This document shows, one piece after another, positions 1 through 12,890 of a DNA stretch of 64,000 nt (positions are counted from its first letter, which is position 1; the number at the start of each line of letters is the position of its first letter). The translations under genes were made by a program, and so were the position numbers. Under the pieces are notes generated by a model. It searched no databases. It worked only from the letters and a program-made list of their open reading frames with translations, and was not told the DNA's origin. The DNA comes from Octopus sinensis (Eukaryota). The stretch covers positions 54,250,001 to 54,314,000 of the forward strand of contig NC_042999.1 in NCBI RefSeq assembly GCF_006345805.1, read 5' to 3'.

Positions 1-789
1 AGAACTATGCCAGTTTTGTGATTTATATTTTCGCTGTTCCCCCCGTATCTCGAAATGCTTGTTTTCTCATTTATCCTTAAAAAAAAAAAGTACTTTAAAT
101 ATTGATGGCATATTTGAAATTAAGCTAAATATACCCAAGCATCTCTCTAATACTGAAGAATGTGTGTCTTCATTTAAGTTATTAGAAACATCTGGAGAGA
201 ATTTCAGCGTCTACTGACATTTAAAACTTGATATATACTCACAAACACCCGTAGAAGACAACTTTTAATTAATTCGTTGCAGGGTGCTCTTTTAAAATAT
301 AAAACTTCCGATTCATTTATGGTTTAACCGTTCAACGGCTGTTAGGAATATTGCTGACGAGTTGACTTTGATCATTAAATTAGACTTCACTAATGAAGTT
401 TCAATTATTTTTCTATTCTCGTTTAGCTCCAGCCTGGTCTTGATTTAGCAGACCTTTATCGAAACATATTCTAGCTGTGACTAGCATGTATTATTCCAAA
501 TATAGTTGTTTATCTATCAACGTCCTTCTTTCCCTAACACGGTAGAATGTGATTTTAAAGAGCTCTAGTACCTATATCTAGCAGGCCGATTGACCAAGAC
601 CAGTTACTTAAATGAGGGTTCAAAACCGTGAGTTAAATATTGACTTTAGTTCGCTCTAGAAAAGATACCCGTCCACTGGGGCAAGTATCTGCCGAGTATC
701 TGAGCCACTAAGCTGCGCGCTTTCACACACGCACATACACTCAAATAAACAAACGCACGCTTACACACGCACGCACACACACATGGCTA

Positions 790-1095
790 GGCTTTCTGTC
801 GGTTACGATGACGAGTGTTCCAGTTAATCCGTTCAACGGAACGGCCTGCACGTGCAATTAACGTGCAAGTGGCTGAGCACCCCACAAACACGTGTACCCT
901 TAACGTAATTCTCAGTAACACTCCAGGTGGCACAGAATGTAGCAAGGCTGGCCCTTTAAATTTCAGGTGAACCCATTCTTGCCAGCTGAATGGACTGAAG
1001 CAACGTGAAATAAAGCACCTTGCTCAGCGACACCCCGCGCCGCCTGGAATCGAACCCACGCACTTACAATAAGAAACTGAATGCTTGCATGACAA
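790..1095 (-). mobile_element. tRNA-derived SINE, family S1 (CCTTGAGCAAG core), diverged
   Basis: Reverse complement of the S1 copy at 41428-41754 (taacgtgcaagtggctgagcac...gtgtacccttaacgta; ggaatcgaaccc = B box on minus). Confidence 0.8.
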
Positions 1096-1202
1096 TGGAC
1101 TCAATTAAAGTTTTCTATACAGAGCGCCGAAGTACTCCTTTTTAGTTTTCTGAAAGAAACGTTTTCTAAATACGGAATTTCGTATTTCTAAATTTATTTG
1201 AT

Positions 1203-1420
1203 AGTGGCTGTGTGGTAAGGAGCTTGCTTCCCAACCACATGGCTTCGGGTTCAGTCCCACTGAGTGGCACCTTGGGCAAGTGTCTTCTATTATAGCCACG
1301 GGCCGACCAAAGACTTGTGAGTGAATTTGGGTGACGGAAACTGAAAGAATCCCGTTGTATATACATATGTATATGTATGTATGTATAATTGTATGTTTGT
1401 GTGTCGGTGTTTGTCCCCTG
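1203..1420 (+). mobile_element. tRNA-derived SINE, family S2, 5' half
   Basis: gtggctgtgtggtaag A-box-like, ggttcagtccc B-box-like, ccttgggcaagtgt core; matches the full copy at 51967-52342. Confidence 0.85.
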
Positions 1421-2499
1421 CGCCCCACAACACACACACACATATATATATATATATAGAGAGAGAGAGACAGACAGACAAATAGATAAACAGACAGACA
1501 GACAGACAGATAGATAGATAGATAGATAAATTTAGTGAAAGCAGACGATCATTAGACGCCTCTCGAACAGCCAGCGATACATAAATTGTTTACATTCCAT
1601 TTTGTGTTCTTTTGTTTATTTATTTTGCAAACAATATCCATTATCATGCAATAATGGCAAATTATATGGAAGAATAATAGCAGGAATTAGTGAGAACGGT
1701 CGTTGAACAACAACAATAATCTATAGATAAGAATGCTTTAATGATAATCTTCATTGTGTTCGTTAGGATTGTTTAATGTGGCTGTTCCGTCACTCTTGTT
1801 GTTCGAGACAGAAAGACACGGGAATTATGAAAACTTGACTCGTTATCTGTCGTCAATACGATCAATTATATGTTTCTGCCTATCTTATCAATACAATGGC
1901 TCGTCTTATCACACAGTAAAAATATTCTTCCTAAACTATTATTGCTTTAATTGGTCGGCTAAATGTGTGATATATTATGAATTAAGGATTGAAGTAGGCC
2001 GTTAGCAATGGTGGTGGATAAATAACAATGACTCTTTTCTATTGTTGTTATCACAAACTTGTATGCGGTTAAATACTTATAAATATTATTGTTTGTGAAT
2101 GTTTTCTAACTTCAAGTCTCATTATTATAAGAAAGACTTATATAGGAGTAAGGTCAACCGTGGGAAATAGGGTAGAAGTTTCTTTGTACAAAAGGTAGAT
2201 GCCTGTTTGGTAAAAGTGTAGATGGTTGTTCGTAAATAGGGTAGCTGCCTGTTTCGAAATGGGGTGGATGGCTGCTTCCTGGTAGATTTTATCCAAATAC
2301 ACGCCCATTGCTAGCCATGTGCTTCGTTTTCATTTGGAAGTTGTGTAAGATGTTTGTGTGCGTAAATGCAGCATCGTCCCAAGGTGGGAGTCGTATCAAA
2401 AATGTTTCTAATGAGCCTTGTGACAACCAATATTTGACCAGAGGGAATTGTTTTCTAGCTTTGAAGATGGACGCTAATTATGGCTTTGCCTTAATCGTT

Positions 2500-2715
2500 A
2501 TTTGTTACGTGTTTCAGTCATTAGACTGCGCCCATGTTGGGGCACCGCCTTGAACAATTTTTAGCTGAAAGAATTGACCCCACCCCTGGGAAATTTTCTT
2601 TTTCTCTTAGGTTCAATCAGCCTCTTTTGCCGAACCGGCCAGTTACGGTAAACACACCAATGCCAGTTATCAAGCGGTAATAGAGGACAAACACACGCAC
2701 ACATGTAAATACACA
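2500..2715 (-). mobile_element. SINE S2 3' half, diverged
   Basis: tttcagtcattagactgcgcccatgttggggcaccgcc is the reverse complement of the S2 tail. Confidence 0.75.
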
Positions 2716-2958
2716 CAGTACACAATAAACACACACACACATACACACACGCATATATATATATATATAATTTCTTAATGGCGAGATAATCCTAATCAGT
2801 GACATAACAGGGCAGTTTCCCAGCAGATCTGTTATTATGGACACTGTATTCGTGATCACTAAGGACAGAAAAAAAAGAGAGCGAGGGAAAGAGTGTGAGA
2901 GGATGAGAGAAGGAGCTAGGTAGGTAGATAGATAGATACATACATACATACACATATA

Positions 2959-3041
<83 letters not shown>

Positions 3042-3059
3042 GAGAGAGAGAGAGAGACC

Positions 3060-4160
3060 TAAGTTTTTCGTGAATAACCATTTCTATCAAGTTTGAGTTA
3101 TTAGGCTTGAGCGGTGTAGAATTGTAATGAGCAAGATGACAGAGAGTGGAGGAGACAAAGCAGAGTGTAGAATGCTCCCAAAGATTAGGAGAGATTCCTG
3201 TATAGAAAGAAAGCTTAAAGAACTGGAGATAAGGGAAACGATTCTTGAATGCCTTATTTGACAGTAACGGAAGTGACCTAATTAGAAACTGTGACTTTGA
3301 TAGTTTCAACTGACTAGGTATTTTTCCCACGTGATGTGCATATGTAGGGAGAAGTAATTTTGGTAGAGAGGTGATGGAACATTTTGGTGGAATTTTGTTA
3401 AATGTAGGCATTTGTGTGCAACATAAAAACCGTACAATCTTTAAGCTTTCACTACAGGATTACGATTGAGTGAGTAATCATAATTGAGGAGTAGGGAGCT
3501 TGAGTTTCTGTAAACTCAGTAGAGACCTGTTTTGCCAAGGAACAGAGGGGTTGGCAACAATTTAGGAGGCGATTCATCTTCCGGGTTGTCCGGTTCACGG
3601 TGACATATTTTCCTTACAGATAGAATTGTTTCAAGTGCTACAGTAATAAATAAATATTTTCCATTTTGTACCGATTGGAGACATTTTTCCGGATGTCGTA
3701 TGCGGAGTTCTTCCTTTGAAGAACTAAAGAACTCCAAGGTGTGAGATCTTTGAGGAATTTCGTCTGTTTCGCAGCTTATTTAGAAGTGAAAGAGCCACAC
3801 CACAACGTTTTCTCCCCCAAAGTCTTGAAACAATGTTTTGGTTGCGTGGGTGATGCAAAGACAGGAACATAATAAAGATGTTCTCAGTCTTCTGCTTAAC
3901 TCTCTACGAAAGGTCAAAGGGGAAAGATATTTACTACCATCCATAGTTTGCGTAAAAGTTTGTGAGTGTCTCCCTGAAACTAGCTGGCCTGAAGAAGCAT
4001 AGAGTGGGTGGTGTGATTCAGCAACAGATCCGGTAAGTGGATGATGTCATTATTAATCAATGAGGTAATGAGTAGGTCAATTAGCCTGAGGGCTGATGGA
4101 AAGATTAATTGGATGTAACTATGCCACAATCCTTTTTCAGGTTTATAGTTTATTAGTAAG
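3060..4160 (-). pseudogene. Degraded coding-like segment, possibly from a non-LTR retrotransposon
   Basis: Non-microsatellite sequence with broken minus-strand ORFs (3516-3737, 3980-4165, unique part of 2617-3411). No diagnostic motif recognised. Confidence 0.25.
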
Positions 4161-4384
4161 GTCAATTAGATTAAATAATATGTAAGTAATTAAGCGAATA
4201 ATTATTTCTTCATCTTCCCCCACCCGGTGCACTTTCATTTTCTGGATCACCTCAGGGAGAACAGGACTTGTATTGCCTTGTAACAATTCTAACAATTGGC
4301 CTGTAGCTATCTTAATTTCCATTAACTATCGGCTCGCCGCCAGTTTAATATATCAAATTGAGGACGAAAGCATTTAGAGCAACG

Positions 4385-4394
4385 ATAGAAAGAA

Positions 4395-4429
<35 letters not shown>

Positions 4430-4432
4430 TAA

Positions 4433-4521
<89 letters not shown>

Positions 4522-4552
4522 CAGGCAGAAAGACAGACAGACAGACAGACAT

Positions 4553-4589
<37 letters not shown>

Positions 4590-4598
4590 CAGGCAGAA

Positions 4599-4689
<91 letters not shown>

Positions 4690-4740
4690 CAGGCAGAAAG
4701 ACAGACAGACAGACAGATAGATAGATAGATAGATAGATAG
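4385..4740. repeat. Compound (GATA)n/(GACA)n microsatellite at the 3' end of Tx1 copy A
   Basis: Seen directly; the internal marker ggcagaaagacag recurs three times. Confidence 0.95.
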
Positions 4741-5713
4741 ATATGTTTCTTTATTAGCCACACAGGGCTGCACACAGATAGAACAAATTACAAGGTAGAG
4801 CTTTTCTTTTGAAGGTTAAAAAAAAAAAAAAAAAAAAAGGAAGGGGGAGTTTCGATCAAAAGGGATCGTAAAAGGAGAGAAAGAGGACAAAAAAAAGGGG
4901 GGTTAAAAAAAAAAAAAAAAAAAAAAGGGGGGGAGAGAGGAAAAAAAATTGATCAATAGGGATCGTTATCACAGAAATGTCAATATGAAGTGTAAAGGGG
5001 AGGACAGGTGAGGTTTACCCGTTGAAAGAAAAGCCTACGGAAAAGACCACGGTAACCTCGGTCAATGAAGTCACATTTTATATTTCTTTTTTTTTTTTTT
5101 TTTTTTTTGCAAATAAGCAACTCTCTGTTTTCGATTTCTGGGTTCATAGGACTATGCTCAAGGTGGCTTCGTCATTCATACGTGCCATTCTTGCTACATT
5201 CACCCATCTTTTTTTAAAACATTCGCTAGACAAAACTTGCCTCTCTACTCTCACTTTCCTTTTCAAGTGGTACTTGAAGAAGTTGATGAGAGATTGACCA
5301 GAGAGGAAAGTGTTTGTCTCCAATCCTTTCAGACGCGTCCACCAGATACATTCTTTCGCCATAGCCACAAGGATGATGAAAATAGCTCTTCCTTCCCGTT
5401 TGAAGGAAGGAGGCGTAACAATATTGACGATAGACTCAGCTGATAAACCGACTCGTCCCACACGTGACAGCAGTTGTTCGACATAAGCCCACAGGTCGGA
5501 AATTGTTGGACACTGAACGAGTGCGTGCAGAACGGTTTCGTCGCTCTGACCGCATCTCGGGCAGGTCGGCCCCGTGTTTCTCGAGCCGTGTCTGTAGAGC
5601 TTATCCCGAACGGGTAGCGCTTCTCGGTAGCACTGCCAGGCCAGGGATCTCTGGAAGTTGTCCATGGGCCCTGGCCCGAAAGTCGTCCCGAACAGGCGGG
5701 TCAGGTACTCCTC
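4741..5713 (-). mobile_element. Tx1-type non-LTR retrotransposon, 5'-truncated copy A (ORF2 C-terminus with CCHC-like zinc finger plus 3' UTR)
   Basis: ORF 5144-5752 contains CPRCGQSDETVLHALVQCP, homologous to 6773-7654. The 3' UTR ends AATAAAGAAACAT followed by (ATCT)n on the minus strand. Confidence 0.9.
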
Positions 5714-5715
5714 CC

Positions 5716-6296
5716 CCCGCCTGTTCGGGACGACTTTCGGGCCAGGGCCCATGAGACATTTCTGGCCTGGCAGTGCTACCGAGAAGCGCTACCCGTTCGG
5801 GATAAGCTCTACAGACACGGCTCGAGAAACACGGGGCCGACCTGCCCGAGATGCGGTCAGAGCGACGAAACCGTTCTGCACGCACTCGTTCAGTGTCCAA
5901 CAATTTCCGACCTGTGGGCTTATGTCGAACAACTGCTGTCACGTGTGGGACGAGTCGGTTTATCAGCTGAGTCTATCGTCAATATTGTCACGCCTCCTTC
6001 CTTCAAACGGGAAGGAAGAGCTATTTTCATCATCCTTGTGGCTATGGCGAAAGAATGTATCTGGTGGACGCGTCTGAAAGGATTTGGAGACAAACACTTT
6101 CCTCTCTGGTCAATCTCTCATCAACTTCTTCAAGTACCACTTGAAAAGGAAAGTGAGAGTAGAGAGGCAAGTTTTGTCTAGCGAATGTTTTAAAAAAAGA
6201 TGGGTGAATGTAGCAAGAATGGCACGTATGAATGACGAAGCCACCTTGAGCATAGTCCTATGAACCCAGAAATCGAAAACAGAGAGTTGCTTATTT

Positions 6297-6330
<34 letters not shown>
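5716..6330 (+). mobile_element. Inverted (fold-back) duplicate of Tx1 copy A
   Basis: Near-perfect reverse complement of 5087-5700, separated by a 15-nt loop (5701-5715). Confidence 0.9.
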
Positions 6331-6332
<2 letters not shown>

Positions 6333-6438
6333 GATAGATAGATAGATATGTTTCTTTATTAGCCACACAGGGCTGCACACAGATAGAACAAATTACAAGG
6401 TAGAGCTTTTCTTTTGAAGGTTAAAAAAAAAAAAATAA

Positions 6439-6470
<32 letters not shown>

Positions 6471-8885
6471 ATAAAATAAAATAAAAATAAAATAAAAAGG
6501 GGGGGTCGATCAAAAGGGATCGTAAAAGGAGAGAAAGAGGACAAAAAAGGAGGGGGGGGTAAAAAAAAGGGGGAGAGGAAAAAAATTGATCAATAGGGAT
6601 CGTTATCACAGAAATGTCAATATGAAGTGTAAAGGGGAGGACAGGTGAGGTTTACCCGTGGAAAGAAAAGCCTACGGAAAAGACCACGGTAACCTCGGTC
6701 AATGAAGTCAATGTTATATTTCTTTTTTTTTTTTTTTGCAAATAAGCAACTCTCTGTATTAATTTTTACGGTTCATAGAATCATAGTCAAGGTGGCTTCG
6801 TCATTCATACGTGCCATCCTTGCTACATTCAGCCATCTTTTTTTAAAACATTCACTAGACAAAACTTGCCTCTCTACTCTCACTTTTTTCTTCAAGTGAT
6901 ACTTGAAGAAGTTGATGAGAGATTGACCAGAGAGGAAAGTGTTTGTCTCTAATCCTTTCAGACGCGTCCACCAGATACATTCTTTCGCCATAGCCACAAG
7001 TATGATAAAAATAATTCTTCCTTCCCGTTTGAAGGAAGGAGGCGTGACGATATTAACGATAGACTCGGCTGATAAACCGACACGTCCCACACGTGACAGC
7101 AGTCGTTCGACATAAGCCCACAGGTGGGAAGTTGCTGGACACTGCACGATTGCGTGCAGAGCGGTTTCGTCGCTCTGCCCGCATCTCGGGCAGGTCGGCC
7201 CCGTGTTTCTCGAGCCATGCCTATAGAGCTTATCCCGAACGGGTAGCGCTTCTCGGTAGCACCGCCAGGCCAGGGATCTCTGGAAGTTGTCCATAGGTCC
7301 CGGGCCGAAAGTCGTTTGAAACAGGCGGGTCAGGTATTCCTCGTCGACGCCCAGGTTTGCCCCGAGCTCGTCGTCGTACCTCCCCTCCACTAATCCCCTA
7401 TAGAATGCTTTGGTTGTGTTGAAGTCACTCAAGGTCGACCCGGGACGGCAGAGTTGCTTGAGAGCAACGCGACACTCGCGGTGCCATTCGCCCTTCTTCG
7501 GCCTCTTTTTGATCCACGACTGTAGTTCGGTCATGGAGACGAGTTGCGGGAATGCGTGCCTCACAAACGGCGACCACACCTGTTCACCGTCGTCTACATA
7601 GAGCCGGAGATGTCGCAGTCTCAGCGCGTGTCTGCGCATCATCAACCACGGCATGCCCAGCCCTCATTTTAACGGGTGTTGACAGCAAATGGATCGCCTG
7701 ACCATCGGGACGCATCCTTTCCACAAGAAGCGGAAGAGGATGCGTTCTAGTTTGGTGATGGTAGGGTCGGGACAAGGTACGACGGTCAGGCGGTAGTAGA
7801 TGATGGACGCGATGTACGCGTTCACCACCTCCGCCCGACCTTTTAGGGACAGTTTCCTCTCGGCCCATTGCTGGGCGAGAGTGACCACCCTACTCATTAT
7901 CTCGTTCCAGTTCTTCTCCATTTGGAGGTCCGGACCGAACCAGACCCCGAGCAACTCAACCGGGCCGTCTGTCCAGCGTCCCACGACGGAGGTACTGGTG
8001 GACAGCATGGGCTTGCTTCTCCAGGTGCCGAGCCGCAAGCCCACTGACTTTTCCCGGTTGATTTTTGCTCCTGTCACCGCTTCGTAGTCTTTCAGTGTCT
8101 CGCCGACCCGCTCGATGTGCTCGTGGCTTGACACTATGACGGTGACGTCGTCCGCGTATGCAGACACGCTCGTCCCGCATCCTAATTCGCGCGGGATGCC
8201 CCTCAGAGTCGCCAGCTTCCGCAGTAGTGGCTCAAGAGTCAATACGTATAGAAGCGCCGAGAGGGGGCATCCCTGACGGACCGAACGTGCAATGTCGAAG
8301 GGTCTCGATAGATGTCCATTTACGCGAATTACCGAACGGATGCCTCTGTACAAGGCAGCTATCCAGCCGCGGAAGACGGGACCGAAACCAGCCGCTCTCA
8401 GGACTGCCTCCAAGTATCGATGGTCTACCCTATCAAAGGCTTTCGATTGATCCAAGTTGATCAGGGGCCCACCCATGCCAGGTTCGTTAACTACCCTGTC
8501 TATGATGTAGCGCATCAGATGGAGGTTGTCATGGATGCTCCGGCCCGGCACGGCGCACGTTTGTGCGTTGTCGACCAGTTTCTCCATGACAAGCGCCAAC
8601 CTCTTGGCTAACACCTTTTTCAAAATTTTCAGGTCTGCATTGAGCAGAGTGATTGGCCTAAAGTTATCTATAATGTTTCCCTTGTTTGGATCTTTCTTCA
8701 GCAGAGTTACAGCTCCTCGACTCACAAAACCGGGTATGCTCCCATTTTGCTGCCAGTTGCAGTATACCGCTGCCAAGACGTCTCCAAACAAGTCTGGCAT
8801 ACAATAGTAAAATTTGTAGGGTAGACCATCCAAACCCGGTGATTTGTCCCTCGAGCATTCTGCCATCGCTTCCCGCACTCCAGAA
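6331..8885 (-). mobile_element. Tx1-type non-LTR retrotransposon, copy C, 5'-truncated just upstream of the RT domain
   Basis: RT, zinc finger, 3' UTR and short (ATCT)n tail; no endonuclease domain or ORF1 present. Confidence 0.92.
6773..8878 (-). pseudogene. ORF2 fragment: reverse transcriptase plus C-terminal zinc finger, interrupted by one in-frame TGA (7664-7666)
   Basis: Motifs KSPGLDG, FRPITLLNAD, DQSKAFDRV, VRQGCPLS, YADD and CPRC..H..C. ORFs 7664-8878 and 6773-7654 are in the same frame (HPLK*GLGMPW). The first codon is GTG, not a true start. Confidence 0.93.
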
Positions 8886-8989
8886 AAGCGATAGTGACAG
8901 AGTTTTAATCAAATACTGATTTCGTGAAATTATGCATAGTCAGAGAGAGCGTGGTGTAACCGACATTTTGAATGTATATATTAATCATC

Positions 8990-9130
<141 letters not shown>

Positions 9131-9264
9131 AGCAATCAATCTTACTCTACCTGCCTACAAACAATCTTACTCTACCTACTCTACCTGCCTACATGTGTGC
9201 GCACGCATCCAATAATACACACTTATCTGTGTGTTTGTGGGAGGGGGGTGCGCGCGTGCGTGAC

Positions 9265-9390
9265 TCCAGGGCTGAGCTGGTGACTAAGATCAAGGATTTA
9301 TTCGAAGATGTACCCAGGGACACAGTGAGGAATGCATGCGACAAATTCCACAGCTTTCATGGGCCCGTTGTGGAAGCTGAGCATTATACT
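9265..9390 (+). mobile_element. Tc1/mariner transposase C-terminal fragment
   Basis: RAELVTKIKDLFEDVPRDTVRNACDKF...VVEAE; same family as 10600-10735. Confidence 0.6.
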
Positions 9391-10099
9391 TCATGCATGT
9401 GTGTGTATGTGTGTGTGTATGTGTGTGTGTATGCGTGTGTGTGATCATGGACGAAACTGCTTAGAGAAAAAAACTGTAAAATTAATATAATAAACGATAA
9501 ATAGCCCTCTTCACTTTAACCAATGTATTGAGTTCTACATCAGATAATATTTGCATTACGTAAAGTATGCGTTTGTATTTACTTTACAATTCATGCATTG
9601 ATGTATATTCATAGATACACGCATACACAAACATGCACACTTACATACACACACTAGCGTAACTGGAGTGTGTGCCGCCCGGGGCGGCCCTTCCGTTTGC
9701 CGCGCCTGGACCCTACATAAAACACATGCACACAAGAACGGACGTATATATGTTCTCAAAACCATAGAATCTAAGTCTATAAGCTTCCTGTCTAAAACAA
9801 CAAGAGCCACATGAAGTTTAACTGCTACATTAGTTTAATGTTGACGAACGAATTTTGGTTATAGCACCGCCTAATTCAATTAGCCTTACCAATATTTCAA
9901 CGCTTCCATTGCGCTGCATAGAGATTGCAGAATGTCACCAACTTGTCGTGTATGTCTGGTTTTGTCAGTCTCAACCTGCAGAAGCTGACGTTGACATCAG
10001 CATTTGTTGTTCTTCTGTCGCATTCAGAAGCAGTGTTAACGTTGATGTGACCTTCATTAAAAACCTTACTGCTCTCTCTCTCCCACTCTCTCTCTCTCC

Positions 10100-10136
<37 letters not shown>

Positions 10137-10186
10137 ATCCCTCTATCCCTATCTATTTATTTATTTTTCTTTCCTTCTATCTCTCA

Positions 10187-10535
10187 TGGCTCGGTGGCTA
10201 GAGCGTCGAGTTCACAATCATGAGGTAGTGAGTTCGATTCCTGGACTGAGCTGAGTATTGTGTTCTTGAGTAAGACACTTTATTTCATTTGCTCCAGTTC
10301 ACTCAGTTGTAGAAATGAGCTGCTATCTCACTGGTGCCAAGCTGTATCGGCCCCTTTGCCTTTCCCTTGGATAACATCAGTGGCATGCTGATGTTGGGAG
10401 TGTCAACATCAGTGGCATAGACTGGACGACTGTTTGTCTTCCATAAACAAACTTGCTCGAATCGGACTTGTGCCGCGGAGGGGTACTTTCTAGATGCAAT
10501 CCCATGGTCATTCATGTCTGAAGTGGGGCTCTTTA
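10187..10535 (+). mobile_element. SINE with S1 head/core and a different tail
   Basis: gagttcgattcc B box and ttcttgagtaagacactttatttca core; the 3' part does not match 41428-41754. Confidence 0.75.
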
Positions 10536-10599
10536 CACTCTGTTTCTATACACATACACGTTGACATAACACGGTTGAGACAGACACAACCACCTTACC

Positions 10600-10735
10600 T
10601 GCAACACTGGGGCCAAGTTGATGGCTAAGATCAAAGAGATGTTCGAAGATATACCGAGGGACGCAGTGAGGAATGCACGTGCCAAGTTCCACAGCCCTCT
10701 TGGGTCTGTGGTGCAAGCTGAGTGCTTTGTTTCAT
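10600..10735 (+). mobile_element. Tc1/mariner transposase C-terminal fragment
   Basis: LMAKIKEMFEDIPRDAVRNARAKF...VVQAE; paralogous to 9265-9390. Confidence 0.6.
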
Positions 10736-11020
10736 GTGTACTGCTGTCTCCCAGCCAGAATCTTGTTGACATTTCTTTTTACTTTTCTAAATTACTTTTA
10801 TTCTTTGGAGAGTATATTGTTTCCTTTTCTGCAAACTGTCTAATTCAGTCCGATTAATCTCTACGTATATATCTAGTTTCTACATATATCTATTCTAGTT
10901 GAGGCTAAGGCGGAAACACTCAAATGCACCTTCTTGTATACTTTTTAACAGCAAATGCACCGTGTGCACTCGTTCAAACCATGATGGTAATTAAAAAGAA
11001 AACAATAAAATTTCAGTTAC

Positions 11021-11104
11021 TGGAAGACAGCATTATCATCTGCCTAACTTTGCTAGTCCCGCTGCAATGAGCGTGTAAAATATCTAAGGTGTTTCTGCCG
11101 TGAC
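11021..11104 (-). other. Candidate 84-bp internal exon
   Basis: Minus-strand pyrimidine tract ...ctccctatccatctacag| and donor |gtaact; one open frame (HGRNTLDILHAHCSGTSKVRQMIMLSS). No homology recognised. Confidence 0.2.
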
Positions 11105-11454
11105 CTGTAGATGGATAGGGAGACGCACGAAAAAGGCCTTAACTCTAAGGAATAAATAAATATTGTTCATGCTTCTCTGGAAGTCGGAGCGCACGTTCAG
11201 AGAGAGAGAGGGAGAGCTGAGGAAAGGGAGAGGGAGAGAGAGAAGGATACAGCGGAAGGAAAAGCGACAAAGCGGCAGGAAGAGGTTAACAATAATTGTT
11301 TTAGTTCTGAAATTGCTATATTGAATTTAAGGAATGTTTGTATAATAAAACTTATCGTGAATAATTAAACTCGTAGCTTCGTTGTTTACTGATTTGCAAA
11401 TGTTCCTTCTCTGATAAAGTAGAATAAAGATAGCGTTTCAGTAGGTATTGTGAG

Positions 11455-11770
11455 AGGCCGCGTGGTTATAGTGTTAAGCATACAATCTATGTTGTTGTGG
11501 GATCAATTCGTGGACCGAGTTGTCAGTTGTATCCTTGAGCAAGATATTTTATTTCACTTAAGCCCATTCTACTCAGATGTAAATGAGAACTAGCCGGTTT
11601 CTGGTGCAACCCTCTCTCCCTGTCATATCTTCAGAGGGCCGAAGATGAGAGAGCGCCTATGCATGTTGCTCGCCATTATAAAAGGCATTTAAAACAATTA
11701 GCGAAAACCTAGAGAAGGTGTGGCCCAAACATAATCGAAAAGATTTATGATCAAAAGTATTCCAGCCGTG
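11455..11770 (+). mobile_element. Old S1-type SINE
   Basis: Degenerate tRNA head and tatccttgagcaagatattttatttcac core. Confidence 0.6.
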
Positions 11771-12237
11771 ACCACCTCATCATTATAGTGTTCTCTAAGT
11801 CTTAGTTAATCCAATGCGTCCTTGTTTAAAACCGAGGTGCTTGATTTGAGGTCGATTCGGCTTCTGTTTTCAGCACATTGAACCATCATATAAAGACTAC
11901 TTCTTTACCTCGATATATTGTAATTATTCTTGTTTTACCATAGTTCAGTACTAAGTGAGCAAGCTTACCTTCATTGGCTTTCCAACGATGACCACCATAT
12001 CTTTTTAGAGTTATCTATGACATCCACCGACCACAATGTCGTTCCTTGAGTCAGTTTGATATGAAGGAAATGTAACTGTTCTTTCTGACAGTTCAAGCGA
12101 CCCTCTAGATCATTGGTTCTCAAAAACCTTTTCCCTATCGAACTCTCTGATTCTTATTTTCCCTCAGATGGACCCTCATAGCCATTCCATGTTTTAAAAT
12201 TCTTCTTATATTTTTTTAACTACATATTAAGAACTGA

Positions 12238-12452
12238 GGGCGGCGAGCTGGCAGGATCGTTAGCACGCCGGGCGAAATATTGAGAGGTATTTCGTCTGCC
12301 GTTACGTTCTGAGTTCAAATTCCGATCAGGTCGACTTTGCCTTTCATCCTTTCGGTGTCGATTAAATAAGTACCAGTTACGCATTTAATCACTTTGTCTG
12401 TCCTTGTTTGTCCCCTTTATGCTTAGACCCTATGGGCAATAAAGAAATAAAT
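12238..12452 (+). mobile_element. SINE family S3
   Basis: ggcggcgagctggcaggatcgttagc...gagttcaaattcc...ctttcatcctttcgg...aataaagaaata; many copies in the window. Confidence 0.85.
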
Positions 12453-12529
12453 ATTATCAAGAATTGTATAAAAATAGTTCTTCAGATATTTTGTTTTGTA
12501 AAAGAATAATCAATTTAATAACTTTTATC

Positions 12530-12890
12530 TCTGTGCTTCAATCATTAAGCTGCGACCATGCTGGGGCACCGCCTTGAAGAATTATTAGTCAAATGAATCG
12601 AGCCCAGTACTTCTTTTTAGGTTTCAAGCTTGATACTTATTATATCAAGTTCCTTTGCGGAAACGCTAAATTACGAGGACGTAAACAAACCAGCACCGGT
12701 TGTCAAGCGACGTTGATGACAAACACACACAAACACACACACTCACATATCCGTCTACCAAATCCACCCACAAGACTTGGTCGGCCCGAGGATATAGTAG
12801 AAGACACTTTCTCAAGGTGCCACGCAATGGGAATGAACCCAGAACCATGTGGTTGGGAAGAAAGCTTCTTACCACACAGTCACGCCTGGA
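12530..12890 (-). mobile_element. SINE S2, near full length
   Basis: Reverse complement of the S2 head, core and tail. Confidence 0.85.

Noticed and set aside
2165-2290. Degenerate ~23-bp tandem repeat (aaatagggtag...)
   Set aside because: Ordinary decayed minisatellite; no unique spacers, so not CRISPR-like.
4322-4775. IYLS/VCLS-repeat ORFs (also 8972, 52190, 54440-55938 and many YI/HT/CV ORFs)
   Set aside because: Translations of di- and tetranucleotide microsatellites.
5464-6077. Mirror ORFs on both strands (5464+, 5601-, 5658+, 5658-type duplicates)
   Set aside because: By-products of the palindromic Tx1 duplication and antisense frames.
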